Source: Lytechinus pictus
Taxonomy: Eukaryota
Direction: 5' to 3'
Length of the DNA: 64,000 nucleotides
Assembly: GCF_037042905.1 (NCBI RefSeq)
Contig: NC_087251.1
Coordinates: 40,798,001 to 40,862,000 of the forward strand
A program made the translations under genes and the position numbers. Below the pieces are notes generated by a model. It worked only from the letters and a program-made list of their open reading frames with translations, did no database searches and was not told the DNA's origin. Of this stretch, positions 37,513 through 52,657 are shown piece after piece (position 1 is the first letter of the stretch; the number at the start of each line of letters is the position of its first letter).

Positions 37513-38737
37513 GGGTCATTCCATGCCAATTCACCCAATGAATGTGCAATTTTGCACCCGACCCTCTCGGAATTCGTTGTAAATTGGTACACATAAAATT
37601 CACCATGGCCCATGCACAAAACAAAAAAAATAAGTCCAATTGGTCCGTCGGTTCTCGCGCTACGGCCCGCCCTTTTCTCCTTGTTTTGACAAAAATGGGC
37701 GTGACCTTCAACTTTCAATGGCCACTGTGTCGTAATGTGTTGACCAATTTTCATGAAACTGGTACCATTTATTAGGTAATTCAGAGAGGAATCCAAAACA
37801 TGCATCAAATAATGTATTGGAGCGATTTATAGGGTCGTGACCTTTGACTTTTACTTTGACCTTGAGTTTGACCCCCGGACAAATAATTTTTTAACTTGAT
37901 TTTCTTATATGTTAATTATTAGTATGATATTGACAAAATATGTTAAAATCAATGATGATATTTTATTTCTTCACCTTTTAAAACTCTTCCAAAGATACCA
38001 TGAAATTTCACTCTAGTCCTACATACTGATATTCATGTTATTAAAGTGTTATATATGATATATATTGCTGAACACCAAAATGCCTAAACAGATACCTATT
38101 CATGAGCATAAATGTTTAATGTTTCATTTGTGAACTGATGAGCTTAATTTCCTTTCATGTGTTTGCATACTGTAACGTATGATAACGGAAGAAATCATGT
38201 AACTGGTAAACACTTTTACTAACATGAATATTAGTATGTGGGAATAGAGTGAAATTTCATGGTATCTTTGGAAGAGTTTTAAAAGGTGAAGAAATAAAAT
38301 ATCATCATTGGTTTTAACATATTTTGTCAATATCATACAAATAATTAACATACACGAAAATCAAGTTAAAAAATTATTTGTCCGGGGGTCAAACTCAAGG
38401 TCAAAGTAAAAGTCAAAGGTCACGACCTTATAAATCGCTCCAATACATTATTTGATGCATGTTTTGGATTCCTCTCTGAATTTCCTAATAAATGGTACCA
38501 GTTTCATGAAAATTGGTCAACACATTACGACGCAGTGGCCATTGAAAGTTGAAGGTCACGCCCATTTTTGTCAAAACAAGGAGAAAAGGGCGGGCCGTAG
38601 CGCGAGAACCGACGGACCAATTGGACTTATTTTTTTTGTTTTGTACGTGGGCCATGGTGAATTTTATGTGAACCAAATTACAAGGAATTCTGAGACGGTC
38701 GGGTGCAACCACTGGGTGAATCCAGATGGAATGACCC
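37513..38737. mobile_element. 1.2-kb foldback DNA transposon, Sola2-like, non-autonomous
   Basis: ~520-bp near-identical inverted arms (37513-~38040 vs ~38219-38737), GGG..CCC termini, 4-bp TSD CATA on both sides. Confidence 0.85.
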
Positions 38738-38741
38738 CATA

Positions 38742-39455
<714 letters not shown>

Positions 39456-42400
39456 AAGAAGGTAATGCTAATTCTGATATTATGTGATGAAGAAGTCTAT
39501 TTTTCATAACCTGACAAATCAACCAAGAGTTAAACAAGATCAGGGTTACTATCTATGCACAGGAGACTTATAAATAAAGGCATAACTGATTATAGATAAT
39601 ATAAGAATCTTTAACTGTGAGATTCTCAGAATTTGAAGATTGGATGCACATGTAGCTTTCAGCCTCTAATATTCCTGGAATATTTGTGTTCAACATGATC
39701 ATGATTCATACCATTAGCAGATTAGGTCTGCACAACACATCAAGCAAACTTCCAAGAAATCAAGCCATCAGTCATGGTATCCGGTATCATTAATAGCATT
39801 TACATTATACAATCAGGGGTATTAATTATGTGATTGATTATACCTTCTATTTACTCTTGAAATTTGATCACTGATAAGTGTACATCAGATTTTGAAGAAA
39901 AAAAAATATCTTCATGACAACGACTAATTTCTGCATGTATTTTAAAAGCATAATTGGTGATACATTTAGCTTATAACCCTGCAATACAGTGTAATCTATT
40001 CGTGTCTGTTAACAAATAACCAGATGGGTATTAAGTGATATTTTAATAGGCACTACGACTACATGTGCATGTAAGTCACCTAACCAGTGGCGTACGCAGG
40101 GGGGGGGGGTTACAGGTGTTGAAACGCCTCTCCCGCCATTCAATATTTTTTTTTATACCCCAAAAAAATTAACCCCCCCCCCTAAATGTTGAAGACCTTT
40201 CAGTGTTTTTTTTTGGAGGGTCAAATTTTAGGGGGGTACGAAACGACCTAAAATTTGTGGTGAAGACCTTTTTTTTCAGCTACAATATGAATACCCTGGT
40301 TGACCATGTTAGAGACATCTTGCTCAAAGGATGGTTTTTAGCTTTATTATGTGGGTGGTATGAACTTGAAAATGCTTGGCTTAAGGTTTAATTCAACTAT
40401 ATAACTTAAGTCTCCATTGATATACTCCAAAGAATAGCAGAGTTGGCAAATTTAGTTTTCTGTATGACCCCCCTTTCTGTCCATTTTCCTTCTGGAATCC
40501 AAATTTTATTTTATATTTTTATTTTATTTTATTCTATTAGTTACCTTAACATTTTCAATATGTTCATGATAATGGACAATGAATATTTACATTCACTTTA
40601 CATTGTAATTATTATTACTTATTATTACCCGGTCATCGAATCGTGGCATGCCCCCCCCCCCCCTCCAACAATTTATACACTCTCTCCACTCCCATCCTGG
40701 GGAGCATCCCAACAAGAGTTCCAAGACTCAATTGCAAGGCATACTACATAGGCTTTCACATCCTTCTGGGTTCCCATTTAACACCTGGGTGGAGAGTGGC
40801 AAAGTGTAGGTTTACTTGTTACAGTTAGAATAACACTATTTTGAAAATTTAGAACTTTGTGTTTTCATTTAGTGTGTGAGTGGCAATTTACCAGAAATCA
40901 AATATTCAAATGTCATGATTCATTTTCCGTGCTGAGAAAACTTTAGATTTAAAACAGCTTTAGGCATGTTTTCTATTGACTGGCTAGGTGTGAAATTAGA
41001 AAAGACATTTCAAAAATTAGAGTGGAATCAGAGGTAGTTACTGTTTTATTCAAGCAAAGTAATCTGATCTCTAGCAATATTGCACACTTCCTCTTAGAAA
41101 TTGGTTTAGGGCAGAAAATGGTGTAGAATTATGCTTCAGTATTTCGGACTCCCCTCTGGAAGAGGAGGGGGTCCAAATATAAGGGTTTGAATTCCATGAT
41201 GTACTTGTACATCCAATGGAGAATCAGACTGGAATGTGATACAAACAAAATGTTATCAGATGTATATTTACAAGATTCTGGAAAATTTAGAATTCATATA
41301 AAAGAGAGAAATCAAAGAAATGGATCAATGAAAGTGTGAGGAAGATTGTTGAATAATGAGAAAGTTATGAGCATTTGAATATTGAGAGATCCTCCCATTG
41401 GCAATCCGACCAAGATCCGTGATGTCACACAGTATAGAAAACTTCCCTATACTTTGGTACATATTTCACTCAAATTGTCTTTTGTATGAAGTGTTTGCAA
41501 GATATTTTTTTTAAAGAGAGGACATGTACTAGAGGTTTCACAACATTATATCATGGATGAATCGTTAGATCATTGAAATTAGCTAAAAGAGATGTTTTGG
41601 TTAAATGGTTATTATTATTGGTTTATATTTTCAGTGTACGGGGGGGGGGGGGGGGTTTACAGTACATCTGTGACATTACATATCTTGGGTGCATTTCCAT
41701 AGGATAATCTCCATAATAGCATTCGTGATCTTGAAATTCATATGCTTATATCTTTCTTAGTGCTTGTCCAATTGTACTAAACAAATTTGTTGATCTTATT
41801 CTTTGATTTTCTGCTTTCACACAAGCTAACTAACTCCAGGGATTTGATTCTCCTTTAAACCAGATTTTGCATTTGCATTTACAGTTAAAAGTTTGTTTCA
41901 ATAATTTTAGTTACTATTGATATCCATTTTCACATAATATTTTCATTAAATATCAATTCTTTTTGTCTAGTACTTCTTTTGTTATCGATTTGGGGTACGT
42001 TCAATGTCGATTTTCAAATATAAACAGCAACATGAAACATGATTAAAAATGCAATTACAATACACATAACACAAATGCGATCAGGGGGCACCGTTCATTG
42101 TAAAAAATTACAAAGCCAATGATACACTGATCCTCTCTAAAATTTCATGCTCTCATTAGCGCAGCCTATACTGCGCAGCACTTGCCTGTGTAGGCTTCCA
42201 CTGTTAGAGCAAATTTAAAGACGTTTCAAGCCTTAATCGTGTTCAGTGTCACATTTTGTTGCATTTGTGATGCTGAAGGTTGTAAAATCTGAGCTAATCG
42301 TGTTTCCGAACTTACCTTTTCCTCCGAATCGCAAGCCGAAAGACGTTTAATTTGATGACCGAGAGTGGGGAACATTGAACACCTGCACCCTTTGTTTTTC

Positions 42401-42907
42401 AAGTGTTTTGTAATTGCGTTTTCAATCGAGATTCAGAAAATCGACATTGAATAATTTTACACCCTTATTTCAAGTGTTGTGATGGCACAGTATTGCATTG
42501 ACCTAATTCATTTGAACACAGTCCCCACACTCTATTTTCCTGATTTGTATTTTGTTGAAAATGAAAAATGAAATGAATACAAATGAATATCTATTATCTT
42601 TTTCTCATGATGGAAGCCAGTTTCTCTTAGAAACGTTCTATACATGGATTTATGATCTAAGTTTTATGTCTATGGGAGAGCTAACATAGTGTAGGTTAGT
42701 CTTGCTTGGTCTTAATTTTTAATTTGTATGATTTTTCTATAAAAAAGCTTTTTCTATTTAAATCAATTGTGTCCTTTAGGGATTTACATGTACTTCAATT
42801 ACTAAATTTATTTCTTTCATTTTTCTTTATTTGGAAAACAATTTTACTGTTCACTCTAAAGCCAATCTGAACTTGACTTATTCCATATTCAGGAAAATAA
42901 GGTTTAA

Positions 42908-43302
42908 AGATAAATAGCAGTTTTGGTAACGATCTCAAAATGAGTTCAAACAGAATCCCATAAAATTACCACCCAAGTGTTTGTATGTTTGAATAAAAAA
43001 ATTGTGCCAAGTGGCTCTGGAAGAAAATGGGTAATTGCTCTGAATTGAGCAAAATAAGCAGGGACTTCCATCAAATGTCGAGTATTTTTCTGAGCAATAT
43101 TAATACACTGTCCCACATATATGCTTTCCTGTGTTAGTGATCATCAGAATTATCGGTTTTCGGCTAAGATTTCATGATTTCACAAAGATGAGTTTATATT
43201 AATGTACCAGATCTAGATATATGATAATATGGTGACGATTAACCCTGATTTTAAAGACTTTCTCCTGAAATAATTGTTTGCTGCAACTACTATATTTTAC
43301 CG
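42908..43302. mobile_element. Kolobok-like MITE, family C, abutting family A copy 3
   Basis: TTAA|AGATAAATAGCAG..CTACTATATTTTACCG|TTAA; degenerate TIR. Confidence 0.6.
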
Positions 43303-43306
43303 TTAA

Positions 43307-43896
43307 AGGTCAAGTCCACCCCAGAAAAATGTTGATTTGAATAGAGAAAATCCAAATAGAATAACTCTGAAAATTTCATCAAAATCGGATGTAAAATAAG
43401 AAAGTTATGACATTTTAAAGTTTCGCTTATTTTTCACAAAACAGTGATATGCACAATTCAGTGACATCCAAATGAGACAGTCGATGATGTCCTTCACTCA
43501 CTATTTATTTGTTTTTTATTGTTTGAATTATACAATATTTCAATTTTTACATATTTGACAATAAGGACCAACTTGACTGAACCATATAGTATTAAACAAT
43601 GCTAATTCCACAGGTTAAGGGAGGAATTAATTTTTGTTTCACTTGACAATGAGGAGAAAATTAGAATATTTCATATAATAAAATACAAAAGAATTAGTGC
43701 GTGGATGACGTCATCAGTCTGCTCATTTGCATACCGACCAGGGTGTGCATATAACTGTTTTGTGAAATTAAGCAAAACTTTAAAATATCATAACTTCCTT
43801 ATTTTACAACCAATTATGATGACATTTTCAGTGTTATGCTTGTTGGATTTTTCTCTTTTAATTCGAATCATCTTTTTGTTGGGGTGGACTTGTCCT
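43307..43896 (+). mobile_element. Kolobok-like MITE, family A copy 3
   Basis: Perfect TTAA flanks and TIRs. Confidence 0.88.
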
Positions 43897-44058
43897 TTAA
43901 GTAAAAAAAAAAAATTAGGGCAGCTCAACTCCTAATAACACCCTTCTCCTGGACAGGATGGAATTTTTCAATTTCTCCACCTTCCTCACCATTGACACAT
44001 CTGTAATTGTTCTATTTGTGTTCCAGCTACATGTAAACTTGCCAAACCATGAGACCAG

Positions 44059-44329
44059 GTACCCGTCTTACAAAGAGTTTCGATTGATCCACTCAATCGC
44101 AACTATGGAAAGCCAGCAAAGTCAACATAATACATGCATGTTTGTTTGAAAAAAATTCTAGATATTAATGTATATCCATAAATTTGTTGATTTCTTGACA
44201 ATTTGGTGTGTTCTCCTTTGTTTACAAAGGACATTGTTCACATTTCCTAAAGAAAAAATTATGACACTGATGGATTTCCATAGAGTTACAATTGATTGGA
44301 TCAATTGTAACTCTTTGTAAGACGGGGCC
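44059..44329. mobile_element. Harbinger-like MITE, opposite orientation to the 7-kb copy
   Basis: ~50-bp TIRs and CAG TSD on both sides. Confidence 0.85.
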
Positions 44330-44631
44330 CAGAACATTCTTGGTATGAGTTACCATGCTTTACTTTTTAAAGAGCCATTTCGTGATGGAATGTTTCCCTG
44401 TTACCGCTGACTGATTAAACATGTTGTATCAAAATGGGTTGGTTTGTATGTGATGTGCATGCCTTTTCATCTTGAATACTCACAGACTTCTCTTCTGTGG
44501 TGACACTCAAGTCATTCGATTGACATATGAAGTGAATATACTGCAGTAACTGCACCCACAATGTAAAATAAGCGATCAATGATATAACAGGCATGCAGTG
44601 GCATGTATTTTTCAAAATAACATTAATTCAT

Positions 44632-45467
44632 TTTTGTCTCACTTGCATAGCAGAGTGAGACTATAGGCGCTGCTTTTCCGACGGCGGCGGCGGCGTCAAC
44701 ACTAAATCTTAACCGAAGGTTAGGGTTTTGAAATGACAGCATAACTTAGAAAGTATATGGACCTAGTTCATTAAACTTGGCCATAAGGGTAATCAACTAT
44801 TACTGAACATGCTGCCCGAGTTTCAAGTCACATGACCAAGGTTAAAGGTCATTTATGGTCAATGAACTTTGGCCAAGTTGGGGGTATCTGTTGAATTACC
44901 ATCATAACTTTGAAAGTTTATGGATCTGATTCATGAAACTTGGACATAAGAGGAATCAAGTGTCACTGAACATCCTGTGCGAGTTTCAGGTCACATGACC
45001 GAGGTCAAAAGTCAATGAATTTTAGCCATGTTGGGGGTATTTGTTGAACAACCATCATAACTCTGAAAGTGTATGGATCTAGTTCAAGTTCATAAAACTT
45101 GGACATAAGAGTAATCAAGTATCACATCTATTTGGAGTTTCAGGTCACATGACCAAAGTCAAAGGTCATTTAAGTTCAATGAACTTTGGCCATTTGGAGG
45201 TAATTATTAGATTGCTGTCATAACTTTCAAAGTTTATAGATATAGTTTATAAAATGTGGATATAGGGGTTATCGAGTATCACAGACAAGTCTTAGGTCGC
45301 ATGATAAAGGTCAAATGTCATTTATTGTCAATGAACATAGTATTGTATCATTATATGATTGGCGTTTTTTTGTGAAAAATTATTTTATAGTACTTTTCAA
45401 AGTCAGCACTGCTGCTATATTGAATCGCATGATGCAGGTGAGACTGCCAGAGGTACTTCAACTTGTT
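44632..45467 (+). mobile_element. Helentron-type non-autonomous element with tandem array
   Basis: SubTIR GTCTCACTTGCAT / ATGCAGGTGAGAC, (GGC)n microsatellite, ~120-130-bp repeats containing GTCACATGACC and AAACTTGG, T-rich insertion site. A 5' fragment of the family lies at ~14478-14630. Confidence 0.8.
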
Positions 45468-47815
45468 GTTTTGGAGATTTCTAGGTTCTTTCTAGGTTCT
45501 TTGTACTAGAATGTCTTTTTTACTGTGGTGCTCAAAAGTTAGTGGACCCCACCGGAAAAATGAACATATTTAAAAGTGTTCAAGTTCTGCCATGTTTTAG
45601 ATATTTAATCGTGAAGTCAGGTGATAAAATAGTACATTCAATCAAGTTTGTTTCTCTTGAGCTTGCCGAACATTGCAGTGAGTGCTGTTGTCTACATTCA
45701 ACACTCAGTATGAATGAGTTTGTGGTGAGGTTCACTAAACTTTTGAGCACAACTGTATAAAGAGCAGGGGGAAATATTGTCACTTCATCTAACTTGTTAT
45801 TAATTTCCTATTAGCCTTATCCATTTTACAGACAGTTGTGTCTCAAATAAAATCTTGAATTGATATTAAAAGTTCTAATTGTATTGATCACAATTAGACT
45901 TGATGAATATTCTTTTTGGAGGGGGCCTTGGGGGGGGGGGGACATCGTTCACACTTTCCCTATGAACTCCAGAAATCATATATTGGTCAAATAGCATCTC
46001 AGAATATAATCCATAAGGCATTATATCAACATTTTATCTGACAGGTTAAACATGCCTGCAGTCAATTCTACTTAAATTTGAAAATTTAGTGTAATTTTTT
46101 TACCTGGTTGGGAAGCATACCCTTCATGGGTACTTTTGATCAGTTATATTACAACCTTCTGAACCTAATGTTGCTCCGGTAACATTGTAGTTCCGGAAAT
46201 ATGGTTTTAATCCCCAGGAGCATTATTTTGCCTCTGCCAATATACTCACTTAGATTGGTAGGGTCAGTTCTCCGATCAAAGTACTTTGGTACAAATTTGA
46301 ACCCCTTGGATATTTGATTGGGTTTGCTATTTAAAGGAACAAATTATTGAATGTATTGTAGAAATAGAAGAAAAATGATTTTCTCAGTATTCAGAAAGGG
46401 GAGGGATGATATTTAGAGAAATTATGGAGAATCCGCTTAATTATGGTAATTACTCTTTTGTTCAACACAGTTTGTGGACATGTTCGATGCAGAAAAAAAA
46501 TCTGTCAATGTTCAAACATATGCCAAGGTTTGTTATTCATACAGAATTTGTCACTATGATGAAACAATTTTTATTACTTTGATGTTTCATGTTCAAAGAA
46601 GATACCAACGTATGTGTATATAGCTAATTTAGTTTGATGGTTGAACAAAACAATAGTGAATTGCTGTTCTGATTACAATATAGGTATGCTTTTCATTTTT
46701 CTGATTTTGCTTCTGAACATTGCCCGAATTTAAAGAAGAAAACTTAGAATCAGTTTCTTAACTACCATAGGGGTTGCGAGTCATCACTTTCTCATCCATC
46801 TGACGATCTGTGTGTGGGCTCTTGATGTTATCTGAAGAACAGGCATCGATTATTACATTGATTAAATGCAATCATACAAAACCCATTGGCTTCGTCTTCA
46901 TCCATTGAGTACTATAGCTGAATAATGATGAATTACCTGGTCTTGATTGCAATTGCCATGCGTGGGTAGAAATGTTTCCGCGAAGGTACCTTAGAGGACC
47001 AACATGTAGTCCTGGGACAGCCACCGGAGACCTAACCCCAAGCAGCTGACGCATGACACTCCACTGTCAAGGGTGCAGTATCCATTCTAAACCCAATCAG
47101 CAATATAAATTGAGGCATTGTTTGCTGCCATTGTTTGTTCAAAATTTGTTTCAGATTTAGCCTATAGAAACATGTCATCTTTCATTTTGGAGGGCTCGTT
47201 AATCATGCAGTTCCTCTTTAAGCTTCCAGACCACCAGAAGATGAAGTGTGGATGCAAGAGGGTGTCTTTCCAAGGTTGGGTTGTTACTCTAGTTGGTTTT
47301 GCTTTTGTTGTTTTTTGTTAATATTTACATTGGTAATTGTTCTATCAAGGTCAGATCCCAGACAGGTGTATTCTTTGTCAGGGACTATCATTTTCAGATC
47401 TGTATGCTACAGAAGCACCGGTGAAAGCGACTCCAGACAGTGGTATTAATGTACCATTGGTTAGTTTGGAGTCCATTCGGGAACTGCGACTGTAGGTGTG
47501 TTCAATTTTGATTTTCAAATTTAAACAGAAATATTAATCATGATTGAGAACACAATACAGAACACAAACACAATCAGCGTTGCACCATTCAGTGTCAAAA
47601 ATATAAAGCTGATTGAACATTGATCGTCTTTTAATTTTCCCGCTCTTGTTAGCGTAGCCTGCTGCACAGTTTGACCCATCACAAGAAAAGTCTATTCTGG
47701 CACATGCTTGTGTAGGCTTCCACTGCGATCACAAGAAAGGTCAATTCTGGCATGCAGTTGGGTATGCGTCCACTGCGAGAGCAAATTTAAAGACATTTCA
47801 AAACTCAGACCTTAA

Positions 47816-48877
47816 AAGTCAAGTCCACCCCAGAAAATTGTTGATTTGAATCATTAGAGAAAAATCAAAGAAGCCTAATGCTTAATTTTTCAACAAAAAC
47901 GGATGTAAAATAATGTGATAACATTTTGTTTTCACAAAACAGTTATATGCACAACTCAGTGATATGCAAACGAGATAGTCGATAAAGTCCCTCACTATGT
48001 ATTGTTTGATTATATAATATTTCAAGTTTTACAGATTACACAATAATGACCAACATGATTGAACCACAAAATGTTAAAACAATTGTAATTCCACATGTTC
48101 AGGGGAGAATAAATCTATGAGGCCGTTTTCATTACGCTTTCTAAAACTAGTTTACTGGAAACTGATTCAGGAAACCAGTTTGGATGATCACTTTGCTAGC
48201 ATTCCCACTTGATCACACGAAAGTGGTTTTCAAAATCACTTCACAGAAAGTGATTTTGTTGCTATGGAAACGCTCTCAGTGGGGTGATACGTTTCGCGCG
48301 AAATTTGAAGCTGCAGTGTAGGCATTCTACACCTGTCGAGTAGAGCAGCGCGCTCAAAATGTGTTTAGATCACTTCCCGAAGAACGGTTGTGTCCTAACT
48401 TGCACTAAAACCAGTTTACCAAGGCAAAGCGATCTTGAAAGCTACATCGCGAGGTGGTTTTTCGAACTGGTTTGGAAGATCGCTTCCAAGACCACTCTGA
48501 CCGTTCTCACTACGCATTAAGGAACGTAGTGAGAACGATGTCTTTGTTTCACATGACAATGAGGAGAAAATTCAAATAGTTCATATGTCCTATAGTGAAA
48601 CAAAAAATAAGTATTGAGTGGAAGAAGTCATCAGTCATCGAGTTGTGAAATTAGATGAAACTTTAAAATATAACTTTCATATTTTACATTTGGTTTTGAT
48701 GGAATTTTCAATGTTATGCTTGTTGGATTTTTCTCCTTTTAGTCAATTAACTTTTTGTTGTGGTGGAATTATCCTTGAAAATTTAATCACTTTCATATTT
48801 TACATCCCATTTTGATGAAATTTTCTATGTTATCCTTGTTGGATTTTTCCCTTTTTTTGTTGGGGTGGACTTGCCCT
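47816..48877 (+). mobile_element. Kolobok-like MITE, family A copy 4, with nested insertion and duplicated right end
   Basis: TTAA-flanked TIRs, interrupted at 48119-48542; right-end sequence appears twice (~48680-48780 and ~48790-48877). Confidence 0.8.
48119..48542 (+). mobile_element. Harbinger-like MITE, family E, nested in Kolobok family A
   Basis: Same termini; TAT/TTT flanks interrupting the host motif AAACTTTGTTTCAC. Confidence 0.85.
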
Positions 48878-49195
48878 TAAATAACATGACAGGAACTTGG
48901 AAGCAATCAATTGTTGTTTTCATCTTTCCCACTAAAAGATTTCCCTTGAAACTATAAGCTAGTATAATCAAAACATTTCTATGCTTTCTTCTATTAATAT
49001 TAAAAAATGTAAAATAATTCAGCATAATAGAGCATTCAGTACAAATTTGCAAAAATTAATGTCAAAAGAGTGTGTACTGCTTCTTAAATACCAAAGTTGT
49101 GTCATACGGTCATCCTCCACTGTGCCAAGTCTGGTCTTTTGGATTCTTGCATAGTAGCGCCGAGATGAGCGATGATGCCTGGTGCAATTCAATTT

Positions 49196-49223
49196 GTTGC
49201 TATGGAGCAGTTGCCATGGTAAC
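49196..49223. promoter_or_regulatory. Candidate RFX X-box tandem
   Basis: GTTGCCATGGTAAC (49210-49223) preceded by GTTGCTATGGAGC; motif match only. Confidence 0.4.
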
Positions 49224-50856
49224 ATCATAGTGAAACCAAAAGTTTTGTTAGATGAAGCCCCAACTGAGATTTCTGTGAATGAGAGTAGTGTGAAGTTACC
49301 ACAACATCCACTTCACCTTTGTACTCCAGCCATCTGGCCTAGTTATCATGGTCCAAACTCTGCCAACCAGCCAAGGATTGAGAAAAGCATTGTGTAGAAT
49401 GTGTCTATTGGTAATTACATTGACACTATACAGCCCATTGTTTAGTATTCTAGGGTGCTATTAGTTTTGTTTTCTAACTTTTGCTTTAATAGTCCCACTT
49501 ATTTCAATCCCTTTACGGTAAATTATATTTTCTCATCTTATTAACATGGGTTCATGATTGAAATGTACACCTTTATGACAAAACTACAATAGTGGCAATA
49601 ATGAATTCAATATTTACAAGGACGGTTTTGTTTCCCTCATTGGCTGCCAAATTTTACCCCCCCCTTCCCCTAATATCTTCACTTTATAGTTTTCTCAACC
49701 CTTATCCTTGCTTTCTACCCCCCCCCCCCCAAAAAAAAAAAATAATAATAATAAATACATACATGTAAATGAAAAAAAGGGAAATAAATGAATAATCAAA
49801 ATTGAAATTGTTTTGGGCATTTCTTAATACTAATTTTTGTGCTAAAAGCGAGAATCTGTGTGGTATTATGAAATGAAAATATAGAAACCCTCTAGTCGTC
49901 GCCGGTCATCCAAACGGATATGGCAATATGGCAGAGCGAAATCCATTTCAGAGAAAATTGACTTAAAAGTTTACTATAATTTGCAGTTTTTCTCCCAACC
50001 CGTACAAATTTTTTATTGCTATAAAAATACGTGGTAGGGAAGACAAAAACAGGTCCTTAACATCTAATTTTATTTTTACACATAACCGAGAATTAGAGAA
50101 GATATCGCAAGTGTCACGATGGGATTAGAACCCGGACCTTGTGATTCAATATCCAGACACCAATCCAATGGGCCTCAACACCCGTCCAAACATGTAGGAA
50201 TAGTAAAGAGGTTCAAGAGAGATGATTCAACACCTTTATGGAGAGGAAAAACCTGATTCATAGGGTGCAACATGAAAAGATTTTAAATATATATATATAT
50301 ATATAAACATGCAATCTCCTAATTTGACCCAATTTACTCAAAATGTACTGGCCCATTCTTTCTCACAAAATAGTGCCAAATTTGTAAATAACAACTGTTA
50401 AATTGATACAAACTTCAAAGTGGTTTTGTTTGAATAGTTTGATGGGTTGCAGGAACGCTCTCTCTGATGTGGATTTCCTTAGCCAGAGGCCAACACTATT
50501 AGCCATTACAATACTTTCTTCCACTGGGGGGTCAGAAAAGTGCTTTTACCGGAAACATACAGTAATCCTATCCCACTTGTACATTTTTTTGCATCAGAAA
50601 ATCTTGAAGTTTTTAAGATTTGTTTATATTTTTTTAATAAGGCAAACCTTGGTTGCCATGGTAAGTTATCTGTGATAACGATGACAGAGCTGCCAATTAT
50701 AAAGAAAAAGTTATAAGTCTTATGATTTTCATGTCAAATTATGCCATGTCAATTTTGACCTTAATTATTATGCTTTTGAGGTGAAATAGGTATGTACACG
50801 TGCAGTAGCGAAATTTACTTGCCTGACCATGCAAGCTAGTGCTTCACAAAAGTTAA

Positions 50857-51437
50857 AGGTCAAGTCCACCCCAGGAAAATGCTGATTTGAATAAATAGAG
50901 AAAAATCAAACTAGCAGTGCTGAAAATTTCATCAAAATTGGATGTGAAATAAGAAAGTTATGACATTTTAAAGTTTCACTTATTTTTCACAAAACAGTGA
51001 TATGCACAACTAGGTGAGTCAGCCGATGATGTCCATCATTAACTATTTCTTTTGTTTTTTATTGTTTGAATTATACAATATTCCATTTTTTACAGATTTT
51101 ACAATAAGGACCAACTTGACTGAATCATATAGTATTAAACAATGCTAATTCCACATGTTCAGGGAGGAATTAATCGTTGTATCACTTGACAATGAGGAGA
51201 AAATTAGAATATTTCATATAATAAAATACAAAAAAATAGTGAGTGGATGACGTCATAGTCTCCTCATTTGCATACCAGCCAGGATGTGCATATAACGGTT
51301 TTGTGAAATTAAGCGAAACTTTAAAATGTCATAAATTTCTTATTTTACATCCGATTTTGATGAAATTTTCAGTGTTGTGCTTGTTGGATTTTTCTCTTTT
51401 TATCCAAATCAACTTTTTGTTGGGGTGGACTTGTCCT
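50857..51437 (+). mobile_element. Kolobok-like MITE, family A copy 5
   Basis: Perfect TTAA flanks and TIRs. Lies between CAGAGCTGCCAA (50685) and TTGGCATCTCTG (51652), possibly an older hAT-like host. Confidence 0.88.
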
Positions 51438-51873
51438 TTAAGTAGCATCCTGGATATTCCTGACAACCATCCTTTAGGGTTGGCAAAACATGGCATTTAT
51501 GCCTATTGTGCATCTGTTCTATATATATGTATTACCTCTTCTAAGAAATTTATAATACCGTGCGGCACGTATGAAATTATGACTTTTATCTCAGAATTAT
51601 GACTTTTGAGCTTCTAGATGACTACTTTTACTTTGAAAGGTTGGCATCTCTGCAATACTGCAACTGAAATCATCTCAATAAACTAAATACGGTACTATTT
51701 TCTGGTTTTAAATTATGTCATGAAGTTATACGTAGAGCGAGAGCATATAGAGTTTTTATTTGAATGCCTAGATGACCAAGGGGGTTATGTAATGATGGTG
51801 CGAAAAGTTTTTTTTTTTTCATGTAGACAATCTCATGAAGTTGAATGTACGTTACTTGTATGTCTTACGCTGC

Positions 51874-52657
51874 TAGGGACAGTGATTTTCCATTTCAAAA
51901 AATGGCCTTTTCCGTTTCAGAAAATCTTAAATTTCCTTTCAGCATGTCTGAAAATGGAAATTCTGTTTCCCCATAGACTTTGTGTACATGAAAAAGTGAC
52001 GATTCTGTTTACGTGGCGATGTTCAAAATTTGTATCTGCCACTGTAAACATTGCACTAGAATCAGTTCTAATCGGATCTATATGGGCATACAAAATATTT
52101 TGACAAACACATTCAACATGAATACATCCTCACCTTTCACATTATTAGCATTTTTTTACGGTTGAATGAAGTTTTATCGATAATTTGGGGATTTTTTGAC
52201 ATCGTTTTGAGCAGTCAAATATTTTCGCATATCCGCCATTTTGAATTTTAACAGTACAGCGATATCGTGCTGTTACATTACCAAACGTAGAGGGCAGCAA
52301 CATGGCCATGTTGCTGCCTTCCTCTACATACGTTGGTTAAAATCAAACGATGTGCGCATGTGAATGTTTTCAATATGGCCGGCCTGGGGCGAGAGGTACG
52401 ATCGAGTGCAGTCACGATGTGTGGATTGTCATGATTGTAGCGAAGTGAGATTGTGTTTTGTGGCCAGTTAAAATTTGTATTTCGTTGATATTTTGGAGTA
52501 ATTTCTGTTGCTTTTCTGTGCATTATGAGGAAAAATATGTTTTCCATGATTTTCCGTTTGAAAAGCCACCTTCGGTTTAAAAAGCCACTTTCGGTTTAAA
52601 AAAGCCATTTCCGTGAATTCCGTCCGTTCCCACGATCGCGGGAAATCACTGTTCCTA
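51874..52657. mobile_element. hAT-like non-autonomous transposon
   Basis: TIR TAGGGACAGTGATTT / AAATCACTGTTCCTA; flanks (TA)CGCTGC / CACTGC; ~20-bp subterminal repeats TTCGGTTTAAAAAGCCA. Confidence 0.75.
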
